Below, one piece after another: positions 13,239 through 26,267 of a stretch of 64,000 nucleotides of DNA. Both the position numbers and the translations under genes were made by a program. The stretch lies in assembly GCF_009914755.1 (NCBI RefSeq), contig NC_060936.1; one strand, written 5' to 3'. The DNA comes from the human T2T-CHM13v2.0 reference genome, Homo sapiens. A model generated the notes under the pieces. That model was given only the letters and a program-made list of their open reading frames with translations. It had not been told where the DNA came from and did not search any database. Position 1 is the first letter of the stretch. Each line of letters opens with the position of its first letter.

Positions 13239-13531
13239 TCAGTCCTCCAGGCTGCAGGCCTCCACCAAGCCTGCCCTCCCTCCCCGGGTCTTTCTCATCC
13301 TCCAGGTCCCATGCCAGGTCCACCAACACTTTCCTTCAGTCCTCCAGGCTGCAGGCCTCCACCAAGCCTGCCCTCCCTCCCCGGGTCTTTCTCATCCTCC
13401 AGGTCCCATGCCAGGTCCACCAACACTTTCCTTCAGTCCTCCAGGCTGCAGGCCTCCACCAAGCCTGCCCTCCCTTCCCGGGTCTTTCTCATCCTCCAGG
13501 TCCCATGCCAGGTCCACCAACACTTTCCTTC
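13239..13531 (+). repeat. Minisatellite, 97-bp unit x3
   Basis: Units start at 13239, 13336 and 13433; one C>T difference in copy 3. Confidence 0.97.
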
Positions 13532-14450
13532 TGTGGGTGTCCCAACCCCAGGGAGGCAGGGACTGCTTCCCAGCTTCCCTCACTTCCAAGAATCCTTTGC
13601 TTTAGTCAAGGAGAGCAGCCCTGGCCCAGCCCACACAGGCCTCGTCCCCTCCTGTGCACCCCTCCCAGCCCACAGCACCTCCTGCTCCTCCCAGCACTTA
13701 ACTCTGGGTCACACATTCTTTGTAGCTTGTAACATCGCTCGTGCTACAGAAACAATGGTCATGTTTTCTGGGACTGCATCTTACCTTCTTCACTAGCTAG
13801 GGCTCTCCCTGGGCCAGGCATCCACCTGGATGAGACATCTTTTTAATCCAGTGTCTCCTAGCTCAGTGCCGTGACCACAGCCGGTACTGCATGAAAGTTT
13901 CAGAATGAACGCAAACCTCTGTTCAAGAGACTTGGAACCATTTTGTTCCAAGATTTTCCGAACGTGCTTTCACCACCCAGGGTACGTGTGTCATTGCAGC
14001 CCTATGAGCAGGATGTGGGGGGCACCTTCATGGATCAACAGTGAACGTGCCCCCAGTGCTCCATAGATGATGGAGAGCCTGGCTGGGAAAGCTCAAGGGA
14101 CTTGCCCAGGGAGGCAGCGATGGGCCAGTCTCTGTTGCATGTGGCTGATTCGTCTGCAGTAGGGTGTGCCCTTTATGTCTGGAATGTACCAGGTTGTGGG
14201 GGCAGATGCCAGCATGCGTACGGGGCATGCAGACCTGTTTACAAAGTCATGCCCAAAGCGTGGCCTGCTCACCTGAGCTTCGGGAACTGAGGTGAGACAC
14301 TGCTTCCATGGGGGCCCTGTTCCCTCTGTGAAAGAGAAGCTTAGCTTTATGGGTTCTAGAATCCCCTGCAGCTCTGAACTCCCAGGCCTGCGGCAGCAAG
14401 TGCAGGCCCAGTGGACGCCCCCTTACGAGCTCTCTCCCACTGCCTTCCAG

Positions 14451-14561
14451 GCACCCGGTGCAGCACATCTCATTCAGCAGCCACAGCCTCATCACGGCCA
14501 ACGTGCCTTACCAGACGGTAATGCGAAACGCCGACCTGGACAGCTTCACTACTCACAGGAG
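14451..14561 (+). CDS. FBXW8: FBXW8 penultimate coding exon
   Basis: TGCCTTCCAG| acceptor; AG|GTTAGT donor; 111 nt, phase 2-2. Translates (G)HPVQHISFSSHSLITANVPYQTVMRNADLDSFTTHR(R), in frame with both flanking exons. Confidence 0.95.
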
Positions 14562-15084
14562 GTTAGTGGTGGGGCCGGGCGAGTAAGAGACCATCTTAGT
14601 TTGACTGATGTATAGAACCCCACCCCCCCCGCCGTGACACATTGCACCCTATGGGCTATACCCTCAGGCAGGGCCCTGCCTTTCTGCGAATTGGAAACAT
14701 AAACGTGGATGCTGACCTGTACTGAGCACCCAGCATCTGATGCAGGACAGCCCCGTGGGGCGAGTCCACGCTGTCGGCTGTACAGAGAGGGAGGGCAAGC
14801 CGTATGCTGAGGGGCCTGCTGTGGTTAGAATCCTGTCAGGGGCAAGGCCCGCCCTCTTGAGTCCTTGCCCTGTGACACTCACTGCGCCCATCGGACTTGT
14901 GCACCCCCACGTTGACCGCTAAGCCGGGGACTGTGAGTATCTGACGCTGTGTGCCCAGAGAACGCGTTTGTGAAGCTGAACCTCTATCTGGTCTCAGGCG
15001 AACGCCTCCTGCACAGACAGAAGCGGCTGGGGTGAGGGCCAGCGAGGCAGCCCTGACCTGTCACCATCTTTGTGCTCTTTCTAG

Positions 15085-15229
15085 ACACCGGGGGCTGATC
15101 CGCGCCTACGAGTTTGCGGTGGACCAGCTGGCCTTCCAGAGCCCTCTCCCTGTCTGCCGTTCATCCTGTGACGCCATGGCCACTCACTACTACGACCTCG
15201 CACTGGCCTTTCCCTATAACCATGTTTAG
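15085..15229 (+). CDS. FBXW8: FBXW8 terminal coding exon to TAG stop
   Basis: CTCTTTCTAG| acceptor. Translates (R)HRGLIRAYEFAVDQLAFQSPLPVCRSSCDAMATHYYDLALAFPYNHV*, the end of ORF 14951..15229. Confidence 0.96.
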
Positions 15230-15869
15230 GGATGTGCCTCAGTTGGGAGCAAGGAGAAAAATGGGAAGAACCAGTTTTATCCATCTTAAAACGCCAGGCA
15301 CCTCTTCACAGGTGGTAAACATTTAGGGGAAGAAAGCAGCCCAGGGTGCCATGCCTGACAGCACGCATCTCCCTGACCCCTGCACTTCCCCCAGCGCCTG
15401 GGGCAAGCTGGCGTGTGCCAGGGCTCGAGTCCCACGTGCTGCCAACTCAAACATAGCCTCCTTCCCCACCCAGCTGGCCACCCTGGCCTCAGCTCCCTCA
15501 GGACGCCTCAGGGATCTCGCTGCGCGGTCCTATACGGTCCCTGCTTAGCCAGCTTCTGTGTGTCCGCCCTCCCAGCTCCAGCCCTGCAGGCCGTCTTTTC
15601 CGTCTCCAGCCCCTTACCTCTTTTCCTCCGAGGGCCTTTGGATGTGCTTGTTCCTGGCCTCCAAGGCAATAACCTCCATGTCCTTTTCCCTGTATTTACT
15701 TGGGGTGCTCTTCTGTGACACTTGCCACCACCACCTTCCAGTAGCAAGCTGGTAGAGCTGTACTTTTTCTTCACAGCTTTTACCATGGTTTATAATTATA
15801 TACTTATACAGTTTAGTCATCAATGACTATTTTGCTTACTATTGTGTCTATGATATGTGATACAAAGCA

Positions 15870-16650
15870 AATATTTTCTAAATATTCATTGACTAAACAG
15901 CCATCAAGATGAAACAGGACAGGAGAGAACTGTTCAGTGTGATACAGAGCTGCCATTTCCAAAGTATTCTGGAAGCAAGCCATTGCCTTACTCTTGATTT
16001 TCAACAGTTCTAAACAGCAACAGCATCCACCTAATATACCTTCAGAATATCAAAGCGAAAACTGATAGAACTACAAAGAGAAATAAAATCCATTCTCACG
16101 GCAGGCAAATCAGTGAGAAAAATGTAAAGATCTGGAGGATTTACTTAGTATCGCTAACAAGCTGGATCCAGTAGATGCGTATGGAATTTCAAATACACAT
16201 AGACGATGCACAAAAAACCACCCTGTACGAAGGCCACAAAGAACAGCTCAGATGCACAAAGATTCACACCATACAGGCCAAATTATAGAATCCCCCAACC
16301 CCAAGACACTGCACCCTATGGGCTATACCCTCAGGCAGGGCCCTGCTTTTCTAGGAATTGACTCCAATGCAGAATAGTGAGAAATCAACAAAAAGCAAAA
16401 TAAGACAATTCCAGACACTCCTGAATTTACTTGGATTTAAAGAGGTTAATAAAAACAAACTATAAACTCTCTAGACTGGGCTGACAGTAAAAGCACAGAA
16501 TACAAAACCCAGGGGATGGGGCTGGGAGGGGCTGTGAGGGGCTGGCACCTCAGCTCAGAAAAGGTAGCAGCAATCCCAAAGCAGCAGAAGGCAGGGGTTA
16601 AATCAGGATAAAAACAGACATCAGTGGAATCGAAAACCAATAGTTAGTTA
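15870..16650 (+). mobile_element. Old L1 ORF2 remnant in the FBXW8 3' UTR
   Basis: AAAACTGATAGAACTACAAAGAGAAATA...GAAATCAACAAAAAG, L1M ORF2-like and A-rich. Confidence 0.65.
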
Positions 16651-16667
16651 ATATAAAGCCAGAAGGT

Positions 16668-16968
16668 TTTGTTTTTTTTCAGGTGGGGTCTCGCTCTGTC
16701 ACCTAGACTAGACTGGAGTGCAATGGCCTGATCTCGGCTCACTGCAACCTCTGCCTCCCGAGTTCAAGCAATTCTCCTGCCTCAGCCTCCTGAGTAGCTG
16801 GGATTACAGGCGTCCGCTACCACAACTGGCTAATTTTTACATTTTTAGTAGAGACGGGGGATATTGCTATGTTGGCCAGGCTGGTCTCAAACTTCTGACC
16901 TCAAATGATTGCCTGCCTCAGCCTCCCAAAGTGCTGGGATTACAGGTGTAAGTCACTGTACCCAGCCC
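16668..16968 (-). mobile_element. AluS, antisense in the FBXW8 3' UTR
   Basis: Reverse-complement full Alu. Confidence 0.9.
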
Positions 16969-18186
16969 AAAAGCAGTTTAAAAAAAAAAAAGACAAAATA
17001 TACAACTCTTGATAAAACATAAAGGTACAGTGGTCTATGAGGAAGAGAAAAGGTACCTGAGGATGCAGAAGTACCTACCACATGGGAACCGTTTGTCCAC
17101 ACTCATTCCAGAGAAAACCGAGTCCTCTCAGTTGCACACGTGTACGTATCAGTGGGAAGTGCTTGCCATTACTCCAAAGCCTAGAACCTTCACGTCATGA
17201 AGGTTCTGGAAGGTTTTTCAGATTGCTTAAGATACGCAGCCATTCCATATTCATCTCCAACTACACAGGGGAACGGAGCAGATAGAGCTGCGACTGGGAA
17301 GCGTCACCTTCCCGTCCAGAGCGCTTTCTTTCAGACCCTGCCTACCTGCAGGCAGATGGACCGGAGGGTTTTCTGCTTCCTTTCAACCAGATAACTTCCT
17401 AAGTGGAGATGGCCTGTAGGTAGCAAATGCAGGATTTTGTTTACTTTCATCATGTCATGTGGTGGTCAGACTGCTCGCTGGTGGCCTCGCTTTAGAAGGT
17501 TTTCATCAAGCCCCGCCCTTTCTCTCTCATAGTCTTAATGCGTCTGGACCACTGGGGAAAATATTTTTCTTTTCAAAAAGCAGCCCCTTCAGTCTGCGTT
17601 CCCAGTTCATTTTGCAGGCGCATTCGCCCTTCCTAGTTTGCAGCAATTAAAGATAACGGAGTGTAAAGTCATTAGACCCAGAATTAGAGCAGCCAGCAGC
17701 TGGCCCAGTGTAAAAATGTCCCAAGTGTAGCCCCTCCCACCGCAGAGCCTGTTTCTAACGTACCTGCCATTCGTGGAAGTCGCCTGGGTTTTGTAAAGGA
17801 GAATTTTTTGGACTCAAGCTGTCATCTTCAAGCACGCCAACTTCAGGCAGTGTTTTCTACTGCAAACCTCCACATCCTGGAATCAATCACACTGACAGGG
17901 AAAGGATAAATGCTCCTTTATAAGCCAACATGTATCCAAATTAAGCCCCCTTACCTTTATCCAGACCCTTTCACAAACAAGTTCTGAGTTTTTAGCCAAT
18001 TGATCCTCTACTTTCCTTCTTTAGTCCCTCTCAGGGACGCCTCCATCCCCGGCTCCCCTAAAGGTAGAAGATACTCGAGCATGCTGCCAGGGGAGCTGGA
18101 TGGTGAAACACCTGAAGATCTCATATCGCCTCTCAAAACACTGTCGGACTTGCTTTCTGCTTTATGATGTCCGTAGTTGTTCTAAT

Positions 18187-18192
18187 ATTAAA
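18187..18192 (+). terminator. Candidate FBXW8 polyadenylation signal (ATTAAA)
   Basis: ATTAAA followed by U-rich sequence (TTTCTTTATTGGTCAAGTTATTTT). A second, proximal ATTAAA is at 17646-17651. Confidence 0.6.
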
Positions 18193-18404
18193 TGCTTTGA
18201 ATTTCTTTATTGGTCAAGTTATTTTAACTTGGGCAAGGCATACAGTGATAATCCCCTGGCATGCCACGATTCCAGCTCTTCCCACCCCCTTGAAATCTTA
18301 CCTCCCACCGTGGTGGTTTTGTAAACCCACAGTCAATTGGATTTGCCCAGAACCTCCCCTACAGGCGCTCCCAGCCCAGGATCCAGGAGACCCGCAACAT
18401 GGTA

Positions 18405-19562
<1,158 letters not shown>

Positions 19563-22500
19563 TGTGTGAAATGGTGCATGAGGGCATTTTCTGGGAAAAA
19601 GCGTGGTTACCTCGCATCAGATTCTCCAAGGGACTACAGCCCCCCTGAGAATTTCATCTCTGCCACTAGAGTGTGTTTTGTAACCCAAGCCATGTGCCAC
19701 CCTGGTGCTGCTGTTGCCCAGGCAATAATTTATGTTTCAGAGATACTCCAGGGACGGCATCACCTTCTCCTACCAAGCACAACTCCCTGCGCCGGCTGAA
19801 CGCTAGGGTTTCAGCTGATCGGAGGGAAACTGAATTTCCCCAAGAGAGGGCTTGGTCCTTTCTGAAAGGAAAGGCTGACACCCCCAAGATGAAGTCCTTC
19901 ACCCCCAACCCCCTCTTGAGAGCTAGAGGCCCCACGTTTCAGGGGCTAGCGCTTCCCACCACACGTGTTAGATGGCAGACACTGGCCGCCGCAAACCCAC
20001 TTTGTTTACAGTTGCTGAGAAACGGCTTCCCCTGGTGAGGGTCCAGCCTTCTCGTAACAACTGTCCCGCGGCTATTCCAGGCGGGCCACCACAGGGGCTC
20101 CAACAGGGCCGTCTCCCACTGCCTGACGGAGCCTTCGCTCTGAGCAGCAGCTGCAGCAGCAGTGAGCTCACGGCGCTGGCCGGCCGGGCCGAGGTGCTGT
20201 GAGCCACACAGGCCGGCCCGCGTCACCCGTGCAGCCGGGCCAGATGGTTACCTGGCTACCGCTGCAGGGGCCTGTGGCGACTTGGACAAGGGCTGCCTCT
20301 AATGTGCGATGGCAGATTCCCTCTTGCTGGGCTCTGGCGGGTGCCATGTTGTCCCCAGCCCACTTTCGGCCTCTGATGCCCAGCGTGGGCTTCCAGAAGC
20401 AGCCATTTGACTGCTCTGCACTGGGGGCCGTGTCTTTTCCTAGGAAGGGAAGGGGAAGCCCCCCCAGGCTGAGCTGTCAAGCCGTGTCTTTTCTTCCCTC
20501 GCCCAATGTTAGGACAAACGCTGCCTTTTCGTTTCTCTAAGATAGACGTGGCAGCTACCTCCTCAGCGGGCCCCTTGACCACTGCCACCCCATCAGAGCC
20601 ACTCTTGGGGCACCGGCCCTTCCTCTGGGAGACTAGAACCCAGTCCCTTGCTGACTTGGTCAACAAGCAGATTAGAGGGCTGAGCAGCCACCACGTCCTC
20701 CTCAGAGTCGTGAGTCCTCCTAGGACCAGGCTGGTCCACCACCAAGCCCCTGCTGATTGCCACATGTGCAAATTCTGCAAGAGGACAGAGACGCCGCCAG
20801 TGCCCCGGGAAGTGCGGTGCTCCCCCTACTCAGCTCTTCCTGGCTTTCCCAAGGTCGCTGTGTGGGAGGACAGCCTGCAAGGCAGGTGTTTGCAAAAGCC
20901 TTGCCAAGGCAACTTGTATTTTTAACTCTCCATCAGCCTACTTAAGTCACACGGCGCCGTTTCCAGCACAGCAGAGTTCAGCCGCAGCCTCGTTAACTGC
21001 AGGCAGGTGGGGACAGGTTCAACTGCTCCATGACAAGGATCAGATCCACAGATGACCTGTCTCCCATTAGCAAAGCTTAAAAAGAACTTTCCAGTCCCTT
21101 GGCTCAGAAAACAACAGCATTGTTTTGTTAAAGTCTAGCAATAATTCGTTCCCTATGCGGGTATTTGGCCAGAGCTGGAAGCTGCTGTCATCTTACTCCG
21201 TTCCCTTATCCATAATTCATGCTTAACGTGGCTGCAGTGTGTCCCCTGAGCTCCTCATATTCCATTTCCATCACACGGCCCTTTTGTAAACCAACCAAAT
21301 TAGAGTGTTTGTGTCAAATTGCCATATTCTTTCAACATCCAAAAGCCAACCTTTCCCCTTGGTAATACGGCGATATTAGGAGTTCAGCCCGCTTTCGACT
21401 CTATTCCTGGCAGATGGCTGAAGAGTATGGACAGAGGTGACCTCCCCTGGCGTCCAGCAGGCTGAGGATGCCGCCCCTGCTCAGTCTTCTCCACCCACGG
21501 CCTGTGGCCCTCAAAGGACGAACTTATCAGCTTCCTTCAAATATTTGACTTAGTGTTGATTTCTGCCTAGTTCCTTTTAGTCACTGGTGTCATTTCTGAT
21601 GGAAGGAAGGCTGTTAACCCGTGTACGTGGTTATCACTCACCTGCTGACCAGGTTTCAGGGCAAACACATCACCTCCTTCAGGCTGCTAGAGTTGAGGTG
21701 CCCCAGTCATTCCATTCCTGTCCCCATCCAGGGATGAGAGGGGGCTTGCTGCACTTGGGACAGGGTCTGTGAGGCCAGAAATCCCCTCGTGGGCACGCCC
21801 CATCGGCCAGCAGATAACAAGAGCCATTTCTGAACCACCTGCCTCCAGCCCGAGGCACAGACCGCAGTGCCCAGATGGTGGGGCTGACTGAGATCCGTGC
21901 CCGGGGCAGCAACCCTCGGTCTGTGTTGATCAAAGGCCAGCAGCCCCACAAGACGCATCAGCCTGCCCCTTCTGGGATCAGGTTTGCACCAACTCATCGC
22001 CAACCCTGATCGTTCCCGGGATGCCACAGACAATGCCAGGAGCCGGGCAGGAGAGCGCCAGGTGATTTCTGCATCCACGCTCTGGCGGAAATGAGCCCTA
22101 ACCCTGCCAATTAGAGGACACCCTCAGTGATTATGCACAAATGAGCTTTCTTCTGAGCAGTGTGGACTGGGCTCACGGTAACTCAACCTCATTTTAATTA
22201 GCTGTTTAGATAAGCGGTGGCCCAAAGCTTCAAAGACATCAGGCAGGCCTCAGTGGCCCAAACAGGGGAGCACATTTGATGTGTGCCCATCGTGGCCACA
22301 TCTCCCAAACTAAAACTCGGGGCACAGGGGCTGACGGAAGATGATTTATTTATAAAAACACTTTACGTTAATGAACTGCCTTTGTTGAAATGAACCAAAT
22401 CAAAGCAAACTGGGACAGCCCCAGAAAACCTGAGGCCTGCAGTGGCAGTGCCAGTATGCCCTCCTGCTCAGTGGTACCACAGATCGTCCTGCTCACATGG

Positions 22501-22791
22501 GCACGGCAGGGCAAGGTGCATGGGGGCTGGAAGAGGGAGGTTCTTGCAGTAAGGCCGATCCCCACCAGGCTGTCCTAGTGACTTTCTAGGTGCCTTCCGC
22601 CAGCAGCCAGGGGACCAAGAAGCTCCCGAGCAGCAGGGGAAGGCAGGGAGAGCAGGTGAGGGGGATCACGTCCCACTTCCCTCCAGAGGAAACTGCCTGG
22701 GATCCACCTGGAAGTCCCGGGGGCTTTGTCTCTCCCACTATGTAGTTAGCGCTTGAGGGCAGGAAACAGACCTCTGTCTTTACCCTGCAGC

Positions 22792-23094
<303 letters not shown>

Positions 23095-24022
23095 TGCCCT
23101 GCAGCTTTGAGTGTTGAATGGACTCCTAGACTGAGAAGCAGAGTTCCAGAGGTGATTTCAGACCATGCAATTTCACCTCCCTGGAGAGACTGAACCTGCC
23201 TCCAGCCACCTACCTGCAGAGAGCAGAAGCCTCAGGAGAGCCTGGGGTGGCACACGCTGCTGTCTGGTGTCTACTAGGCTCTGCCAGGTGCTTACAATGA
23301 CAATGACAGCACAGAGTCAAGAGCCTCTCAGCCGCAGCTTGGCACCTACCCAGGAGGTCGTGCGCATTAACCAAAAGCTGAGCCTCCCCAGGCCGCACTC
23401 ACTTTCCCGGGGCCATTCGCCCGCTCCCTGTGTAGCGGGTCACCTGGCCCTTTAGCTCCCTGTGCTGCTTGGCTGTGTTTTTAAATTCAAGTCCTGACTT
23501 TCAGTCATCCTAAGCAGCATCCCATGGACTCCCTGGTGTGGGGTAAAGTTACTTTTTTTCTTACATGTATTAAAACAGGAATACACCTGTTGAAGTCAAT
23601 ATTCATCCATGGAACACCCAGAACCCTCAGTCACCTCTCCAGGGGGCAGGGGTGTGGGAGCCCTCGGGGAGCAGGTTAGACGCAGCTCAGCACTGTGGGA
23701 ACGCATCCAACAATAGTGTTTCTGCCTGCCGTGCCCACCATTGCCTCAGAAGTGACAACGGTCCACAAGCACGTGGCCAGGGGTCCCTGGTCTGAGGCTG
23801 AGAGAGGAGGCTCCCCCTGCAGCCACTCCCCTGCCTAGGGTTCCCGCTGGGACCACACCAGGCTCAACGCTAGAGTGGAGATGGGGCATCTCAGCACCAT
23901 CTGGGCTCCGTGCGTTTGCAGCCTTAAGCACAAGTCACGGTCCCCTAGAACAGTGTCCGGGGCCTGTGCTTATGATGGGCTGTACCGAATGAACTCCCCC
24001 AGCCTTTAATGTAGAAGGGGTA

Positions 24023-24330
<308 letters not shown>

Positions 24331-25591
24331 GAAGGGGCATGCTGGGGGGTGGGGGTGGGGAGCAAAAAAGCAGAGGCGCCCTGAGCTTACTTCTTCTGTT
24401 TGCAAGTTTCCACCTGGAACCTCACGTGGCGGACACTGAAGCCTGATAAACGTCACCATTTACAAAAAGTGGAGTGAACTAAGAACCCTGCCGCACACAG
24501 CTGCTTCCACGTGCATGCAGTGGCTCTGGAAGGATGCCTAAGGCAGGAGCTAACACATCTGCCTTTGAGAAGGGAAGACGGGGGAGGCTGGGGGATGGGG
24601 GTCGCGGGCAGATTCCACGGCCTGCCTTTTCGAAGCTTTTAAATTCTGAACTGCAAGGCGTGGGCTTGTAGTAAAGGTAAAGCACGCTTCAAATTAAAAC
24701 TATGAATGAAAACACCAAGAAGGCAAATAATACCTATTGCCAGTTATCAAGAGAACTCTCTTGGAATACTAGAACGACGCCACCCAGGGAGGGTCAATAA
24801 AGGAACTAGGCGTTTCGTGGACTTCAGCACCAGAAAGAGGCCTGGAAAGCAAATGCTAGCCCACCTTGCACAGCGATGGGAACGCATCACCCAGGGAGAT
24901 AGGGAAGTTGCACTCAGCGGGCCGTTGCAACGCCCATAGGACACAGCTCTCCAAGTCCCACAGGTGCCAGCCCTCTGCTGACTCCAGGCCACCACGACCA
25001 ACAACCTTTGTTTCCCTGCCCCCAGCTCTAGCCAGTCCCCAAATTGAAAGGTGATAACTGAAGTTGTCAGGGATCCTTACCTACCCAGCTTCCACTGCCG
25101 CTGCTTGCTGGAAGGCTGTAGGGCCCTGGGCCCTGCAACTGGCCCAGGACTGCCAGAAAGAGCCAGGGGCACAGCCATGGCTGGCAGACCACACTGCCCC
25201 TCCCCCAATCACCGTGAGGAGCTGGGGGTCCCGGGTCAGCCAGCCAGGCCCTGACTCCCCGCGCCCACTGACCAACGGAGCGGGTTCAGGTGCGTCCCCA
25301 CAGCAGGGACAGGCTCGGGTGCATCCCCGCAGCAGGCACAGGCTCGGGGCTGCAGATGTTTTCTCCATCAGTCTACAGATGTGGCTGTGACAGTGAGGAG
25401 GCCCCACTGCCTGAGTCCTGGCCACCTCAGAAGCCCACACAGGGCAGGAGCTGCTTCTCCTTATTTTACTCCCTAGGATGGAGAACACGGATGGGTTCCC
25501 AGGATTTACATAGGAAGAACAGCAGATACTTTACCCAAAATAAACAAGAAAGAACAGTTCTTCTGCCAAACCAACCTTTTAATACTATTTA

Positions 25592-25890
25592 GGCTAGGTG
25601 TGGTGGCTCACTCCTGTAATCCTAGCACTTTGGGAGACTGAGGCAGGAGGATCGCTTGAGCCCAGTCGTAAGAGACCAGCCTGGGCAACATATTAAGACC
25701 CTGTCATTACAAAAAATGTAAAAACTAGCCGGGTGTGGTGGTGTGTGCCTGTAGCCCCAGCTCCTTGGAAGCCTGAGGCAGGAAGACTGCTTGAGCCCAG
25801 GAGGTCAAAGCTTCAGTGAGCCGTGATCCCGCCTGCACTCCAGCCTAGGTGACAGGGGGAGGCCCTGTCTCCAAAATAAAAATAAAATAA
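25592..25890 (+). mobile_element. AluJ-like, just beyond the TESC 3' end
   Basis: Full dimeric Alu. Confidence 0.88.
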
Positions 25891-25984
25891 TTTCATCATT
25901 GCTTGTTCCTCATAGTCAGTCTCATGCTGCCAAGTGACCAGGCCACTTTAATGGACGTGAGGAACTGACAGAGGCCACATTAAT

Positions 25985-26189
25985 TAACAAACCTTTTTTT
26001 TTTTTTTATTGGAGATAAAAACAGCGAAGTCCCACATACCATACCCTACAAGACACAAGGTGCGCAGACGAGCCTTGGCTATGTACCGGCGCTGCAGGAA
26101 GAGGCTGTCCGCCGGGCCTGGGCTGCTCCAGCTACGCGGGGAGGCGGCCCCATTGCAAAGTGCAGTTTCTCCGCGGAGGTGGCGGTGGG
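25985..26189 (-). other. TESC: TESC 3' UTR (approximate end)
   Basis: About 200 nt from the stop codon to just past the AATAAA. Confidence 0.75.
26005..26010 (-). terminator. TESC polyadenylation signal AATAAA
   Basis: Plus-strand TTTATT (AATAAA on minus), ~180 nt past the stop and followed by GGTTTGTT. Confidence 0.8.
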
Positions 26190-26267
26190 TCAGTGGCAGA
26201 GGGCCATGGTTTCCATGTTAAGGAAGCGGACGTGCATCTTGGTCTCAATGTCGATCCCCTGCCAGAT
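26190..26267 (-). CDS. TESC: TESC terminal coding exon 8 to TGA stop
   Basis: CCCTTCCAG| acceptor. Translates [25 protein letters not shown]. Exons 2-8 total 587 nt, leaving 58 nt for exon 1 if the protein is 214 aa as I recall. Confidence 0.96.
   Translation of the reverse strand: MWQGIDIETKMHVRFLNMETMALCH

Larger units (their letters stand above)
15230..18210 (+). other. FBXW8: FBXW8 3' UTR (approximate end), containing an L1 remnant and an antisense Alu
   Basis: Follows the stop codon. End inferred from ATTAAA at 18187-18192 and the T/GT-rich sequence after it. Confidence 0.65.

Noticed and set aside
13239-13531. CRISPR-like array
   Set aside because: Head-to-tail units with no unique spacers, in a eukaryotic intron; it is a minisatellite.
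12988-13796. 205-aa and 212-aa ORFs with internal repeats
   Set aside because: Artefacts of the stop-poor 97-bp tandem repeat; the same peptides recur in shifting frames.
24823-24843. REST/NRSE site (TTCAGCACC...)
   Set aside because: Only the left half-site matches; the GGACAG right half is absent.
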